DNA from: Fibrobacterota bacterium
GTDB lineage: Bacteria > Fibrobacterota > Chitinivibrionia > Chitinivibrionales > Chitinispirillaceae
Direction: 5' to 3'
DNA length: 64,000 nucleotides
Assembly (NCBI GenBank): GCA_023459055.1
Contig: JAEWVR010000019.1
Span: 38,480-102,479 of the forward strand
Part shown: in pieces, positions 1 to 11,900 of the stretch
How the letters are laid out: every line of letters begins with the position of its first letter
Position numbering within the stretch: position 1 is the stretch's first letter
The notes under the pieces: model-generated
What the model saw: the letters and a program-made list of their open reading frames with translations, nothing else
What the model was told of the DNA's origin: nothing
The model's database searches: none
Translations under genes and position numbers: made by a program

Positions 1-317
1 TTAAAATGATATCTACACTCTGTCTGCAGTGTTAATGGTGACTTAAGCAAGTTCATCCTGATTTAAATTCAGGGTACGACGTCTGATCTATGAGCATCAA
101 TCATAGCGATTCAAGTACCAGCACTGCCGAATTTTCAATAAAACCATGCAGTTATTTTTTTGACTGCAAGCCTCACAATTAATATACAATCCGCGCGTGA
201 ACAATGGAAGACAATGTTAAGGAATTGAAAAAAACACAGCGATTCCCGGTGATAATTACAGATTTAACAAGCATAGTGTAAAGCACTTACAACAAAATCA
301 CCTTAAAAATGCAGGAG

Positions 318-1238
318 TTATTCAGGCAACACCGGATTTAATGTATCTGAAAATGATTGCTCCATTTGGGATGAATCTATTTTCGGCACTGCTACCATTC
401 CTGAATCAGAGATAGTATCTGCTGTCAGCTTATCCGTCTCAACAACCGTATCAGCCATTGATCTGTCCGGCGCTTTTTTCTGTGGTGTTTCATGGAGTGC
501 AATCGCTGCTTTCATATCACCACCAAGGGCACGGGTGATTAGTCTTGATCGCCGTGAAACAAACCGGGAGTTCTTAAGCGGATTAAACAGAATTGGATTT
601 GGCAGAACCGCTGCAAGCCGCACAGCTTCACTCTTTGTTAACTCTGATGCACTATGTCCGTAATACGTTCTTGACGCCATTTCAATTCCGAAGATTCCAT
701 CCCCCCACTCTGCTATATTCAGATACAATTCAAGTATTCTGTTTTTTGACAACGTACGTTCGATCCGCCAGGTAAGAATCGCCTCATGAATCTTCCTGAC
801 AGGATTTTTTGATGGAGACAGAAACAGATTTTTTGCGAGTTGCATTGTTATGGTACTTGCACCGACAGCCATCTTCCGCTTTTCGATATTTGTTTCGAAT
901 GCTTTTCTCATTGCATCAAAATCGAATCCATCATGTTTCCAAAACTTTGCGTCCTCACCGACAATCACCGCTTTACGAATATGAGGGGAAATTCTGTTCA
1001 GTGGCACCCACACCTGCTTTATCTTTGTTGTCCGGCCCTTTGCTCTCCACTGCGCTTCCCGATATTTCATGAATGCTGTTTTTACCGGATTCTTGGCTGC
1101 ATATTTTTTGACATCAACGATAACGGAATAATAAGCAAGATCAAATGCAATAATTGCCAGAATCAGTATGAATAGTTTGATCCATAATGATACTTTCTTT
1201 TTTTTCTTCTTTTTTATCAAACGTTTAACCATAATCAA
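318..1238 (-). CDS. mtgA: Monofunctional peptidoglycan glycosyltransferase (GT51 transglycosylase domain) with N-terminal membrane anchor
   Basis: N-terminal hydrophobic helix. The GT51 signature 'GASTITMQLAKNLFLS' and 'RILELYLNIAEWG' is present. No transpeptidase domain follows. Confidence 0.8.
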   Translation of the reverse strand: MIMVKRLIKKKKKKKVSLWIKLFILILAIIAFDLAYYSVIVDVKKYAAKNPVKTAFMKYREAQWRAKGRTTKIKQVWVPLNRISPHIRKAVIVGEDAKFWKHDGFDFDAMRKAFETNIEKRKMAVGASTITMQLAKNLFLSPSKNPVRKIHEAILTWRIERTLSKNRILELYLNIAEWGDGIFGIEMASRTYYGHSASELTKSEAVRLAAVLPNPILFNPLKNSRFVSRRSRLITRALGGDMKAAIALHETPQKKAPDRSMADTVVETDKLTADTISDSGMVAVPKIDSSQMEQSFSDTLNPVLPE

Positions 1239-1277
1239 CAGTAATCCAGACTGTAAAGGTCAATTTGCAGCAGCCAT

Positions 1278-3083
1278 TTAAATATCAATGCCAATCATCC
1301 TGATCAGAAACATTGCATTCTTTGTTGTTGAACGTCCCTTTTTCAGTGTGTAATCAAACTCTATCGTATTATTTCTGTAAAACTCTTCAAAATGAAAATT
1401 TACAAAACGTTCCGGATTATTCTCCGCAAGATTGCAAAGCTCCAGATCATGCGTTGACACAATGCCTATAGTATTACTATTCGACAGCGTTTTCAGTACT
1501 GCCACTGCGCCATCATGACGATCCTGGGAGTTGGTTCCACGAAAAAGTTCATCGAGGAGAAACAGTACCTTTTCACCTCTTTTTACCGCTTCAACAACCA
1601 TCCTGATTCGTACAAGTTCAGCATAGAATGTTGACACGTGCGACGAGAGGTCATCACTGATACGCATTGAACTGTATATATTGACAAGTGGAAGTACAAA
1701 ATGCACTGCACATACAGGCGCTGCAGCATATGCCAGCACCGCATTTATTGCCAGTGTACGAAGGAACGTACTTTTTCCAGACATGTTTGACCCGGTAATT
1801 ACAGCAACAACACCTGAATGATCAATTGTTATGTCGTTTGCAATCCGTGTATCTGAATGAATCAACGGATGACCGATTTTTTCTGCATTGATTTTTACTA
1901 CGGTATCACTGATTTCCGGATAGATCCACTGAGGGTTTTCAAATCCCGGAATTGCAAGACTTGCAACAACTTCAAATTGTCCGATTGCACTAATCCATGT
2001 CCTGAAACTATTACCATATAGAGTTTTCAGCGTATCAGCTTTGATAACACACTGAACATCCCAGAGCCACACAGCATTTGCAATTGCGTGCATCATCGGA
2101 CTTGAACGAATTTCTGTCGCACTGATTATTTTTGATAACGATGCCAGTATTGATGACGCAGTTTTATGATTACCGGTTGTCAACCTGTTTTTCAGCGTTA
2201 TATTATATGTCGATTTAAACTGCTGCCGCTCTGTTGTATTTACAAGCTGCGAAAATGTCAGAAGCAGTTTCCCGTTTTTTTCATATTTTTCGATGACTGG
2301 AGATGTTCTGGAATGAAGTACCACACCAAAAAGAGCAAGCTGCAATCCATAAACAACTGCGAAGTAGACAAGCGTATCATGAAAAAGAAATCCATACAGA
2401 CCGATGCAGAGCGAGATGTAAGGCAAAATGCGCAGCAGTGACAAAACGAGCGGATTATTAAACGTTTTCTTTTTGTCTTCAGCCCATTCGAGAAACCGTG
2501 ATGGATCATCGGCGGTTTCGCTAAGCATTCCGTAAAGTTCAAACTGCTGCCGCCAATCGGGCAGCGCGGCAAGCTCCTTTACAGCGTCCTGTTTCTCAAG
2601 AATAGCAGATCGTTCCTTCTGCTGAGAACTGAGAGCATCAGCAAGAGCTTTTCTGCCACTATGTGTGTGAGCAGCACAGATCCATTGATAGAGCGAATGT
2701 TTTCCAAATATGTCGAGATCGTAAGTATAGGGATGTGCATGATCAATAAATTGATCCCCGGTATCTTCAAAATCACCCCACTCGCCATTGATTCGTGACA
2801 ATCCCTTTTTGTTGATAATCAGTTTCTTTTCAACAACAAATCTTTTTTTATAAAGATCAGAATGAAAAAGCACTGCAGCCACAAATAACACTGTACTCGT
2901 AACAAGCTCAATAGTCAGAAGAACATACTGATGTGACCGCCAGATAAGTGCAGCACCGATCACCGCTGCAATAAAAATAAACAGTCTGAGATTACTGAAC
3001 ATTTTTATTTTATTATCTATTACGGTAAGTTCACTGGTAAACTGTTGTATGTTTTTTTCGTAGTAGTTTTTTGCGTTTGTCAT
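1278..3083 (-). CDS. MutS-family (domain V ATPase) protein with N-terminal transmembrane segments; MutS2-like, not the canonical mismatch-repair MutS
   Basis: Walker A 'GSNMSGKSTFLRTL' and MutS Walker B/signature 'LFLLDELFRGTNSQDRHDGAVAV...STHD' are present. Two hydrophobic helices lie near the N-terminus. There is no mismatch-binding domain. Confidence 0.75.
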   Translation of the reverse strand: MTNAKNYYEKNIQQFTSELTVIDNKIKMFSNLRLFIFIAAVIGAALIWRSHQYVLLTIELVTSTVLFVAAVLFHSDLYKKRFVVEKKLIINKKGLSRINGEWGDFEDTGDQFIDHAHPYTYDLDIFGKHSLYQWICAAHTHSGRKALADALSSQQKERSAILEKQDAVKELAALPDWRQQFELYGMLSETADDPSRFLEWAEDKKKTFNNPLVLSLLRILPYISLCIGLYGFLFHDTLVYFAVVYGLQLALFGVVLHSRTSPVIEKYEKNGKLLLTFSQLVNTTERQQFKSTYNITLKNRLTTGNHKTASSILASLSKIISATEIRSSPMMHAIANAVWLWDVQCVIKADTLKTLYGNSFRTWISAIGQFEVVASLAIPGFENPQWIYPEISDTVVKINAEKIGHPLIHSDTRIANDITIDHSGVVAVITGSNMSGKSTFLRTLAINAVLAYAAAPVCAVHFVLPLVNIYSSMRISDDLSSHVSTFYAELVRIRMVVEAVKRGEKVLFLLDELFRGTNSQDRHDGAVAVLKTLSNSNTIGIVSTHDLELCNLAENNPERFVNFHFEEFYRNNTIEFDYTLKKGRSTTKNAMFLIRMIGIDI

Positions 3084-3104
3084 GATTCTCTTTCCAATTT
3101 ACAT

Positions 3105-3923
3105 TTATCTACTAAAAACAAATGGCCAAACACACTGTGTTATATCGGTATTGGATAATATATGCTCAAATTTCCAATGCATTATTTGTTGTAGTGTAGC
3201 TTGCTCAAGTAACGTATCATTAACGGTAGATTCAATAATTGACGCGTTTGCAACTCGTCCAAAGGGATCGATAAAAAATTTGACTGTTATTTTCCCTTTC
3301 AAACTAGGTCTCTTGTCAAGCCTGCGATTATATAACGCCTGCAGTTTATCTATATATGACAAAATAATTTCATGAACACTTGCACGTGATCGTCCTTGAT
3401 TTGAATACCTGATTTTATCACTGACTTTAATCGCACTTTTTTCATTATCTTTTTTTATTAAAATTTGAATTATGGCAGAAAAATTAGAATCTTTTGTCAT
3501 ACCAAAATTAATTTTTTCCAATTTTTTGTTAATGGTTTCAACTAATAAGGTATCAATTGTTCTATTTGAAGGAAAACCTGTACATATGGCAATACCATTT
3601 GACTTAATAAGAAATTCCAATGTATCTGTATAGTTTAATTTGTTACTTTCTACAAATGGTAATACCGTATTGATTAAATCAGAACTGGCTGAATTGATAA
3701 TTCTTGAAATTTCAGGATATCGTCGATTTTCTGTAATGCAACCAACTAAATACTCGTTGTATCTCTTTTCCATTGAAATTGTGTCTACAATGGAACTATC
3801 TATTAATCCCCTGTTCACTTTAGCAACTGGATCATAAGCAGTTTTATTCTGCAATGTTACAGTACATCCTGCAAACAATAGTATTACGATAAATGCCAAT
3901 TTATTAACAAACAATTTACACAT
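3105..3923 (-). CDS. Lipoprotein with C-terminal TonB-C-like domain (hypothetical)
   Basis: Lipobox 'LLFAGC'. The C-terminus 'GKITVKFFIDPFGRVANASIIESTVNDTLLEQATLQQIMHWKF' resembles the TonB C-terminal fold. Confidence 0.4.
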   Translation of the reverse strand: MCKLFVNKLAFIVILLFAGCTVTLQNKTAYDPVAKVNRGLIDSSIVDTISMEKRYNEYLVGCITENRRYPEISRIINSASSDLINTVLPFVESNKLNYTDTLEFLIKSNGIAICTGFPSNRTIDTLLVETINKKLEKINFGMTKDSNFSAIIQILIKKDNEKSAIKVSDKIRYSNQGRSRASVHEIILSYIDKLQALYNRRLDKRPSLKGKITVKFFIDPFGRVANASIIESTVNDTLLEQATLQQIMHWKFEHILSNTDITQCVWPFVFSR

Positions 3924-4074
3924 AAGCCAGAGACCTTTAAATTATAGATTATTTTTCTTGAAAACCTCAGATTATCAACATAGTAATTGCTTCTAATGAA
4001 ATTGAAATATGAAGCTCACATCAAATGCAATCCGTATGAAAACGCCACAACCAGAAATGATGCAGATAAAAAAA

Positions 4075-4145
4075 GCGGGAAACGAGAGTCGAACTCGCAA
4101 CCTTTACCTTGGGAAGGTAACACTCTACCATTGAGTTATTCCCGC
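4075..4145 (-). tRNA. tRNA-Gly (anticodon CCC), 71 nt, CCA not encoded
   Basis: The reverse complement folds into a cloverleaf: acceptor GCGGGAA/TTCCCGC, D-stem ACTC/GAGT, anticodon stem TTACC/GGTAA with loop TTCCCAA, T-stem GCGAG/CTCGT with loop TTCGACT. Confidence 0.85.
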
Positions 4146-4409
4146 AATTGTGTATCAAAGATAATTTGTTATTAGAAAAAAGTCAATTACTCATTGCAGA
4201 CAGCGATTGTATTTTCAAAACCCACCTTTTTTCAAGAAGTATCCCCTTGTGTTCTGCATCATTATATATAGAGATTCTTGTAAATAGTTGCGGACAGACG
4301 TATTTTACAGAGCTGAAGTTCAATTTATTGCACTGAATTCTATCAGAATTTTGATAGTGCCTGGTAAGTAATACATTTTTATATACATATAGTAAGGAGT
4401 GCTTTCGAG

Positions 4410-5615
4410 ATGGCAGAGAAAATTTCAATGAAAAACGGCGTGCTTAATGTACCTGATCAGACAATAATTCCTTTCATTGAAGGTGACGGAACCGGGCCAG
4501 ATATCTGGCGCGCATCAAAATTCGTTCTTGAAAAAGCTGTTGAGAAAGCATACAAAGGAAAGCGTTCAATCGAATGGAAAGAGGTTCTCGCCGGAGAAAA
4601 AGCATTCAATCAGACCGGTAACTGGCTTCCTCAGGAAACTGTTGATATTTTCTCAGAATATCTCGTAGGTATCAAGGGACCGCTTACTACTCCGGTTGGT
4701 GGCGGAATACGCTCTCTGAATGTAGCACTTCGTCAGCTGCTTGACCTCTACGTTTGTCTCAGGCCTGTCCAATATTTCGCAGGTGTTCCATCACCGGTTA
4801 AAAATCCTGAAAAAGTAAATATGGTCATTTTCCGTGAAAATACCGAGGATGTCTACAGCGGAAAAGAACTTGAAGCAAATTCGGATAAAGTGAAAAAGCT
4901 GCTTGCATTCCTTAAAAGTGAATACAACTGGGATATTAAGGAAGATAGCGGCATTGGTATCAAACCGATTTCAAAATCCGGTTCAGAGCGTCTGATACGG
5001 GCAGCATTCGATTATGCTATTGAAAACAACAGAAAAAGCGTTACTCTGGTTCATAAGGGCAATATTCAGAAATTTACTGAAGGTGCATTCAGGGCATGGG
5101 GATATGAACTGGCTAAAAAAGAGTACGCCGGAAAACTCATCTCCTGGGAAGAGTGTAACGGAAATCCTGCGCCGGGTCAAATCCTTGTAAAGGATGCAAT
5201 TGCAGATATCTTTTTCCAGCAGGCACTTACACGCGCAGAGGAGTTTGATGTCGTTGCAACGATGAATCTTAACGGTGATTATATCAGTGATGCACTTGCG
5301 GCACAGGTTGGTGGTATCGGTATCGCTCCCGGGGCAAATATCAACTATAAAACCGGTCATGCAATCTTTGAAGCAACACATGGAACAGCACCAAAGTATG
5401 CAAATCAGGATAAAGTAAATCCCAGCTCGGTAATTTTAAGCGGAGAGATGATGCTGCGCTACATGAAATGGACTGAAGCTGCCGACCTTATTATCAAAGG
5501 TGTCGAAAAAGCAATTGCATCGCGAACTGTGACATATGATTTTGCACGTCTGATGGAAAACGCAACAACAGTATCATGTTCTCAGTTTGGACAGAAAATA
5601 GTAGAAAATATGTAG
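4410..5615 (+). CDS. icd: NADP-dependent isocitrate dehydrogenase (prokaryotic homodimeric type)
   Basis: The N-terminus '[20 protein letters not shown]' and '[13 protein letters not shown]...LRPV' show full-length Icd-like conservation. Confidence 0.9.
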   Translation: MAEKISMKNGVLNVPDQTIIPFIEGDGTGPDIWRASKFVLEKAVEKAYKGKRSIEWKEVLAGEKAFNQTGNWLPQETVDIFSEYLVGIKGPLTTPVGGGIRSLNVALRQLLDLYVCLRPVQYFAGVPSPVKNPEKVNMVIFRENTEDVYSGKELEANSDKVKKLLAFLKSEYNWDIKEDSGIGIKPISKSGSERLIRAAFDYAIENNRKSVTLVHKGNIQKFTEGAFRAWGYELAKKEYAGKLISWEECNGNPAPGQILVKDAIADIFFQQALTRAEEFDVVATMNLNGDYISDALAAQVGGIGIAPGANINYKTGHAIFEATHGTAPKYANQDKVNPSSVILSGEMMLRYMKWTEAADLIIKGVEKAIASRTVTYDFARLMENATTVSCSQFGQKIVENM

Positions 5616-5762
5616 TATAAAGAGTAGTATTTCTTTACCCGTGGTTGTTTAGCGGAAAGTGGATATTTCTTTATAACGCATTGTTTTAAAGTAATTTATT
5701 ACTATACCACTCAATAACCACCCGTTTCTCATTAGTGAGTTTCAATAACGGAAAGGTATACA

Positions 5763-6380
5763 ATGTTCTACATTCTGGTCAGTCTGATCCTGTTTGGAAT
5801 CCTGATTCTGGTTGCGATCAGTGTGAGTTTCAATAAAAAAGAAACCTCAGAAGAGCCAAATCCAGTACTGCATCAAAGCGGTATTTATTCGATCGTACGG
5901 AAAACACCACGGGATCAGCTCAGGGATGTTAAACCATCAAATGAAGAAATACGAAAATATCTGGAAAAGATAAACGTAAACAATAGAGATCCGGAAAATA
6001 TCAGCCTAACAACATCAGAAATAGATGCTTATGTTCGTGACTGGGATGATTCTCTGGACAGAAATATTGGATTAATTGAACAGGGTGATAGCGGTGGGAT
6101 TTCTTTCTATTACTATGATTTTAAACCAGATTACTGTGAAATCTGCGCAGATTACCTCAAAAAGGGGCAATTTGTGACACGGGAAGAAATTTATCAGTAT
6201 CCTCAAATAATTCCACCTTTTCATATCGGCTGTACATGCACACTTGTTGCGCATCACGGCGAAACACTTCAGGAAACAACAGAAATCGGTATGGTTCCCC
6301 TTTTTAAAAACGAAATCGCTCCGCGCCTCCCCGAGTGGCGCATGATTCAACAAACTAATGCAGTACGAGGTACAATCTAA
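5763..6380 (+). CDS. Hypothetical membrane-anchored protein with a C-terminal Cys/His cluster
   Basis: N-terminal TM helix. 'CEICADY...HIGCTCTL' has an H-x-G-C-x-C pattern reminiscent of phage Mu F / SPP1 gp7-like domains. The stop overlaps the start of the next gene (TAATG). Confidence 0.45.
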   Translation: MFYILVSLILFGILILVAISVSFNKKETSEEPNPVLHQSGIYSIVRKTPRDQLRDVKPSNEEIRKYLEKINVNNRDPENISLTTSEIDAYVRDWDDSLDRNIGLIEQGDSGGISFYYYDFKPDYCEICADYLKKGQFVTREEIYQYPQIIPPFHIGCTCTLVAHHGETLQETTEIGMVPLFKNEIAPRLPEWRMIQQTNAVRGTI

Positions 6381-8791
6381 TGACTTCAAACAGTAAGTTA
6401 AAAATCTTTGCCGGTATGATTGCAATTGCACTATCCGGTATGATGAGTTCATCATTTGCGGCAGTTGGTGAGTCTGCAATAATTACCCTGGTTTTTCCTC
6501 CAGGCGCACGTGCCACCGCACTTGGTGAGGCATTTACCGGGCTGAGTGATGACGCAAATGCGACATTTTTTAACCCTGCCGGGCTTGGCCAGGCTCCTCT
6601 TGCCAACTCCTGGAAACTTCACATGAAGAATACCGACAGGATGTTTACGTCAATTGCTGCAAAAAAACGGAAAGATTTCAGTGGAAAAGATCTGATCTGG
6701 CTTGGAACAAATAAGGGTCTCCTTCGCTACAACGGCAGAGCATGGCAGGAATATGAAAGCTACCTGATCGAGCAAAGGGATGATTTGCAGAGTATTGCAT
6801 CAAAGTTTCTCAAAATTGACAATGACAAACTGATAAGTAACGCAGTCTGGTCAATTATGACCTATAATAAATTGTCCCAAAAGCATTATGCCTCATGTAA
6901 AGCAGTGCTTCTGACAGAATTCCAGAACCGTAAACTTGAAGATGCCGCAAACAGAGCAGATTCACTTGCACGCGAGATTACCCTGCTTTCATCAGTAGAA
7001 CGCAGCGCTGCAAAAATATATGCAATGATCTCTCCAAGTGTCGATTCATTACGCGCAGATACACTTTCTGATCAACTGGCATCAGTATTTACCGCTGCAG
7101 ACATCACTTTCAAAGATGTTGATGAACTGAAAATTCCTTTCTCAATTGCGACAACTGACAGTATCACCTGTTTGACTATTGATAATTCTGAACGTTTGTG
7201 GGTTGGTACGCGAAACGGTTTATGGCGTTACAGCAATAATGAATGGAACCTTTACACTGTAACTGACGGGCTGCCATCAAATAATATTACATCCTTAGCT
7301 ACTTCACAAACAAGTAAGATGGCAGTTGGTACAGACGCAGGTATCGCAAGTTATGTTGATGGTCAGTGGAAGTCATTTGATTCATCCGATGGCCTTCCCG
7401 CTAATTACATTAATGCTATCGCCTATGGTTTAAACAATGCACTCTATGTTGGAACTGATGTCGGTCTTGTAAAAACTACCGATTCAACAATTACTGTATA
7501 TGATACATCAAATGGACTCCTTTCAAATGAAGTCCGCTCTCTTTTCTTCGATTCCCAGGAACGTCTCTGGATCGGTGGTGATAACGGTGTAACGATTTCA
7601 ACACTATCCGCCTGGAAACGGTTTAAATTCCCAGATAGTAAGGTTGTTTCATTTACAGAACACAAAAAGGGCAATATCTGGATTGCAACAAATAAGGGAG
7701 TTATCAGCTACGAGGCTGGTAAAACAGAAACAGATAAAAACGGAGTTACAAAAGAAGGTCCTCCGGAATGGAAGTCGTTCCATTCAAAGAACGTTCTTGC
7801 TGATGACAACGTCAAAGGCCTTATTGATCATGACAATGATATCTGGATCGCGTCCGGCAATGCTGTGAATCAGTTCGACAACGCACAGCGTCAGGTTTTT
7901 CTTTTTTACGAAACACTGCTCCCCGAGTTCAACATTCCCGATCTCTGGCATGCGTATGCTGCATTTGTTTATCCGACGCAGGATTGGGGTACTATTGGTG
8001 GATTTGTCAACTATATCATGATGGGCGAAAATGCAGTTGTTGACGCAATGGGACATGAAGGAGAGACTCGTAAATCATGGGAAGGTGTATTTGGTCTATC
8101 CTATGGTCTTTCGCTCAAAGAAGATTTTTCAATTGGTCTTAATGCGAAATATGTACACAGTGCCCTTGCACCTGGTCTTGAAAATGATCAGGGTGTTGGT
8201 CAGACATTTGCCATTGATGCATCACTATTGAAACGTAATCTTCTTATCAAAAACCTTGACCTGGGTTTTATGCTTCAGAATATGGGACCGAATATTTTCT
8301 ATATGGATAGATCTAATCCGGACCCGATTCCCTTTACCTTGCGTTTAGGACTTGTGTATCGTGCGTTGCAGACTCCGATTCACGATCTGAAATTCCTTCT
8401 TGATCTCAACCGTGAATTTGTCCGTAGCGATTCAAGTGGTAAACCGGACCCATTCTATAAGGCACTCTTTACCGACCTTGCTAAAGACGATGTTACTGGC
8501 GAGTCAACGATGGAGAAGCTTGAAGAGACCAACGTTAACCTTGGTATGGAATACTGGTATGCAAACTTTGTTGCATTACGTACCGGTTTCCTTGCCGATT
8601 ACATCGGGGTTCGCTGGGAATGGACGCTTGGACTTGGTATTAAATATGGAACATTGAATGCCGACTTTTCATATATCTATTCGCCGGAAGGATTTATGAA
8701 AAATATTCTTAAGCATACAAAAAATGGAAAAACAGGATCAACCGGTGTACGTAACGGTCAATGGCGTGTATCGTTTCTGTTCCATTTTTAA
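6380..8791 (+). CDS. Outer-membrane beta-barrel protein (PorV-like N-terminal motif) with inserted two-component-regulator-propeller (Reg_prop-like) repeats
   Basis: Signal peptide. 'PPGARATALGEAFTGLSDDANATFFNPAGLG' matches the PorV/PorQ-type hallmark. Repeats 'LWVGTRNGLWRY', 'LYVGTDVGL', 'LWIGGDNGV' and 'IWIATNKGVISY' follow. The C-terminal 300 aa is rich in amphipathic beta strands. Confidence 0.5.
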   Translation: MTSNSKLKIFAGMIAIALSGMMSSSFAAVGESAIITLVFPPGARATALGEAFTGLSDDANATFFNPAGLGQAPLANSWKLHMKNTDRMFTSIAAKKRKDFSGKDLIWLGTNKGLLRYNGRAWQEYESYLIEQRDDLQSIASKFLKIDNDKLISNAVWSIMTYNKLSQKHYASCKAVLLTEFQNRKLEDAANRADSLAREITLLSSVERSAAKIYAMISPSVDSLRADTLSDQLASVFTAADITFKDVDELKIPFSIATTDSITCLTIDNSERLWVGTRNGLWRYSNNEWNLYTVTDGLPSNNITSLATSQTSKMAVGTDAGIASYVDGQWKSFDSSDGLPANYINAIAYGLNNALYVGTDVGLVKTTDSTITVYDTSNGLLSNEVRSLFFDSQERLWIGGDNGVTISTLSAWKRFKFPDSKVVSFTEHKKGNIWIATNKGVISYEAGKTETDKNGVTKEGPPEWKSFHSKNVLADDNVKGLIDHDNDIWIASGNAVNQFDNAQRQVFLFYETLLPEFNIPDLWHAYAAFVYPTQDWGTIGGFVNYIMMGENAVVDAMGHEGETRKSWEGVFGLSYGLSLKEDFSIGLNAKYVHSALAPGLENDQGVGQTFAIDASLLKRNLLIKNLDLGFMLQNMGPNIFYMDRSNPDPIPFTLRLGLVYRALQTPIHDLKFLLDLNREFVRSDSSGKPDPFYKALFTDLAKDDVTGESTMEKLEETNVNLGMEYWYANFVALRTGFLADYIGVRWEWTLGLGIKYGTLNADFSYIYSPEGFMKNILKHTKNGKTGSTGVRNGQWRVSFLFHF

Positions 8792-8948
8792 TAGTATTTT
8801 TCACTGTCAGGTGAATTTACAAGTTTGTAAACGTTGCTCATTCCCTGAATGTAACTTTCATACATGGAATGAGCTTATTTTTTGTTAATCATTCGTTGTG
8901 TCAGCAGAATGAGATATCTTTGATTTTTAACGATATGGGGTCTTTTCG

Positions 8949-11900
8949 ATGATCAAGTCAATCAGAATACTTTTTACAGGAGTAGTGTGCGCATATTCGG
9001 CAGTTCTTTCAGCGGCGCTTGATTCTGAAATCGGTATCGGGCTAAGTGGCCCATATCCGTTTCTATTAAAAAGCACCTCATCAAAACAACTGGTCGAAAC
9101 CGCACGGGATCATCAGTGGTCCATAAACTTCACCCGAAGTAATCAGGCTGACACCATAAAACTTATTGCTATCCGTGTACAATTCCAGAAAGATGTTTCA
9201 ACATTGACAACGGGTAACGGCTTGTTTTTCACAACCGCAAACCTTGATAATGGTGATCAGGATGAGAAAATCAACTACTCCACCATTGAGAAGAATAACG
9301 ATACACTCTACAAATACGACAGATTGCCTCATGATTCGACCTATTTCGCACTGCAGCTGGAAATGGTAAAATCATATTATAAGAAAGTTTCAAAAGGTAA
9401 ACTTATCATCACCAGTGAAATTTATCCGAAATCAAACAACGAAGTGGGTTATTCTGTAAAAGACGCGCTGCCAGCTTATTCACCTGGTGGAAAGAAAAAG
9501 AAGGAATCATATGATGATTACTACAATAGAAAGACTGCGGGGCTCATGCGGTTTATAAATGATGCAATTGCGGCAGCTAATGATGCAAAAACAAATTCTC
9601 CTTTTGCAAACATTACCTATAATGCATCAGACAAGACCTTCCGTGATCAGGCAGGCCATAAAACTGTTTTCATGATTATTCATGCAGGAGCCTCCTATTT
9701 GACAAACGGTGGTGATGGCCGCGGGAAATACAACGATACACCGTCAGACCTTATTGACGCATTCATCAACCGTGATTTTATTAAATATTACAAGGATTCA
9801 CTCAAATTAAAAACAGCAGGTTTTCCGGTCAATGGTAAAAACGGAGAGATGCTTCTTGACGAAATAATGATGTGCGCCGAAACATCTAACCAGGACGGGC
9901 TCAACTGGGGTATTCAGGGTGTTCTTGTTAATCAGATAGCACGTCAACTGGGTATCCCCGACCTATTTTCTACGTCAAGCGGAACATCAGCAATCGGTTC
10001 ATTCTGCATTATGGATTTTGCCGGATACTCAGCAGGAAAAGGATTTATTCCCCCCTACCCTTCTGCATGGGTACGCGCATTTATGGGATGGGATAATGTA
10101 AAAATTGCATCACCGGGTGTAAGAAAAAACTATCAGGTAAAAGCACTAACCTCAGTACTTGATCGTGACAGTGCAACCGCCGCAGCGTATACCGGTGATG
10201 ATACAACGATCCTTTTAGTACCGATAAATGATCATGAGTACTATCTTGTTGAAAACAGGCAGCGCAATCTCAGCGGAAACAAGGATCTGTTCAAATATGA
10301 TACTACCGAGGATGATAATATTGTTCATATTGCGGAATATCCCAACAATGTCAATATCGAAAAAAATGTAGTGACCACCAACAATTACCGGGTGATTGAA
10401 AAAGTAAACAATAATGATATCAGCCTTCCGGCATCAGGAATTCTTGTCTGGCATGTCGACGAAAACATAATCAGAAACCGCCTTGCAAATAATTTCATCA
10501 ATGCCGATTCTTTGTACCGCGGCGTTTCACTGGTAGAAGCTGACGGTGTCAATGATCTTGGTATCACTTTCTCCAACGCATTTTATTCTGCAATTTACGA
10601 TTACGGCGGGTCTGAGGATATCTTTCCGCATCAGACAACAATTAAATCTGAACTATCAACCTACGATTCCATCGGCCCTTACACACGGCCATCAACGCGT
10701 GCAAAAGATGGAGGACATACCTACCTGTCAATGAAAATCGGGACAACATCACCCGTTGTCAATAAAGAGTTATATTATCTTTCAAAAAATGATGGCGATC
10801 ATTACATCACAAATTTTTCCGATAGTGTCTTTAATGTTCAGTTGAAATGGGATTTCAGCGTTGATAACTGGCCCAAGCGTGCAGCTCCGGATCAATTTCT
10901 TGAACCGCTGGTGGTTGACATTGACAAAACACAACCAGAAAAAGAGTTTTTCCTTATTGGCAAATCGGGCAGATGTTACCTCTGGCCATCAGATACATCA
11001 GTTAATCCATATAATAAGAAGCAAACACTGGTAAACCGCAGTGATATTTTTGGATCAGCAGTTGCGTCAGCGGATACGGTTGCATATCTTGACAGTATAC
11101 CAAATCCCGTTGCAATGCCATCAACAGTTGCCGGATCAATCATGATTCCATCATCGAATGGAAAAGTGTACATTCTAAAATCAGTTTCTGTTGCAACAGG
11201 AATGATTCTTGACACGCTACGACTCAATGCTATTCCATCAACAACACTCTGCAACTACCGGGATTCATCCTGGGCGGCAGGAACAACAACCGGTCAGATC
11301 GTTTTCGGAAAAACATTTGACACACTGCATTCTGTTAAGCTTCAGTCCGACAGTGCAGTCTGTGCCATCGCGGCAGTACGGGAGCTTGGTGCAATTGCGG
11401 TCATGCAAATTGATGGTACCCTATCGCTGCTGTCAGTGAACAGTACAAAAGCAGATTCAACAGTGAAGATTACTACCGGTATCGGCCCATACACGCTTAT
11501 CACCGGCGATCTTGATAAAGATAATGCAAGTGAAATTATCGTTGCAGACAGCAGGCATGGTATATGGGTTTACAATAGAAATCTGACTCTTGCAGAAGGC
11601 TGGACTGTGGAGCCGAATGACCTTTGCAACATCTACTCATATACTGCGGAAAATGTTGAACGGCGTGGTGCAAACAGGGCATTGTTTCCGGCCAATACCG
11701 GTCTACCCTCTCTTGCAGATATCAACCGTGACGGATATCTTGATATTGTGGCTGGTGGTTCCAATGGCATCTATGCAATTAATTATAAAGGGGTACTCGT
11801 TTACGGATGGCCTGCATATCTTGACAAAAAATACTGGTATCAAAAAGGTGCCGTAAATACATCACCGGTAGTTGTTACAGGAAAAAGCCGGGATCCGCTT

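Noticed and set aside
2166-2572. Small ORFs antisense or overlapping inside mutS-like, hsdR, the giant AAA+ gene, the flotillin gene and others (for example 2166-2441, 33049-33285, 38788-39180, 25515-25839)
   Set aside because: They lie entirely within much longer, well-supported ORFs on the other strand or in another frame, with low-complexity or atypical composition. They are treated as spurious.
3987-4336. Short ORFs around the tRNA (3987-4175, 4148-4336, 4183-4428)
   Set aside because: They overlap the tRNA-Gly gene and its flanks, and have no ribosome-binding-site context or conservation signal.
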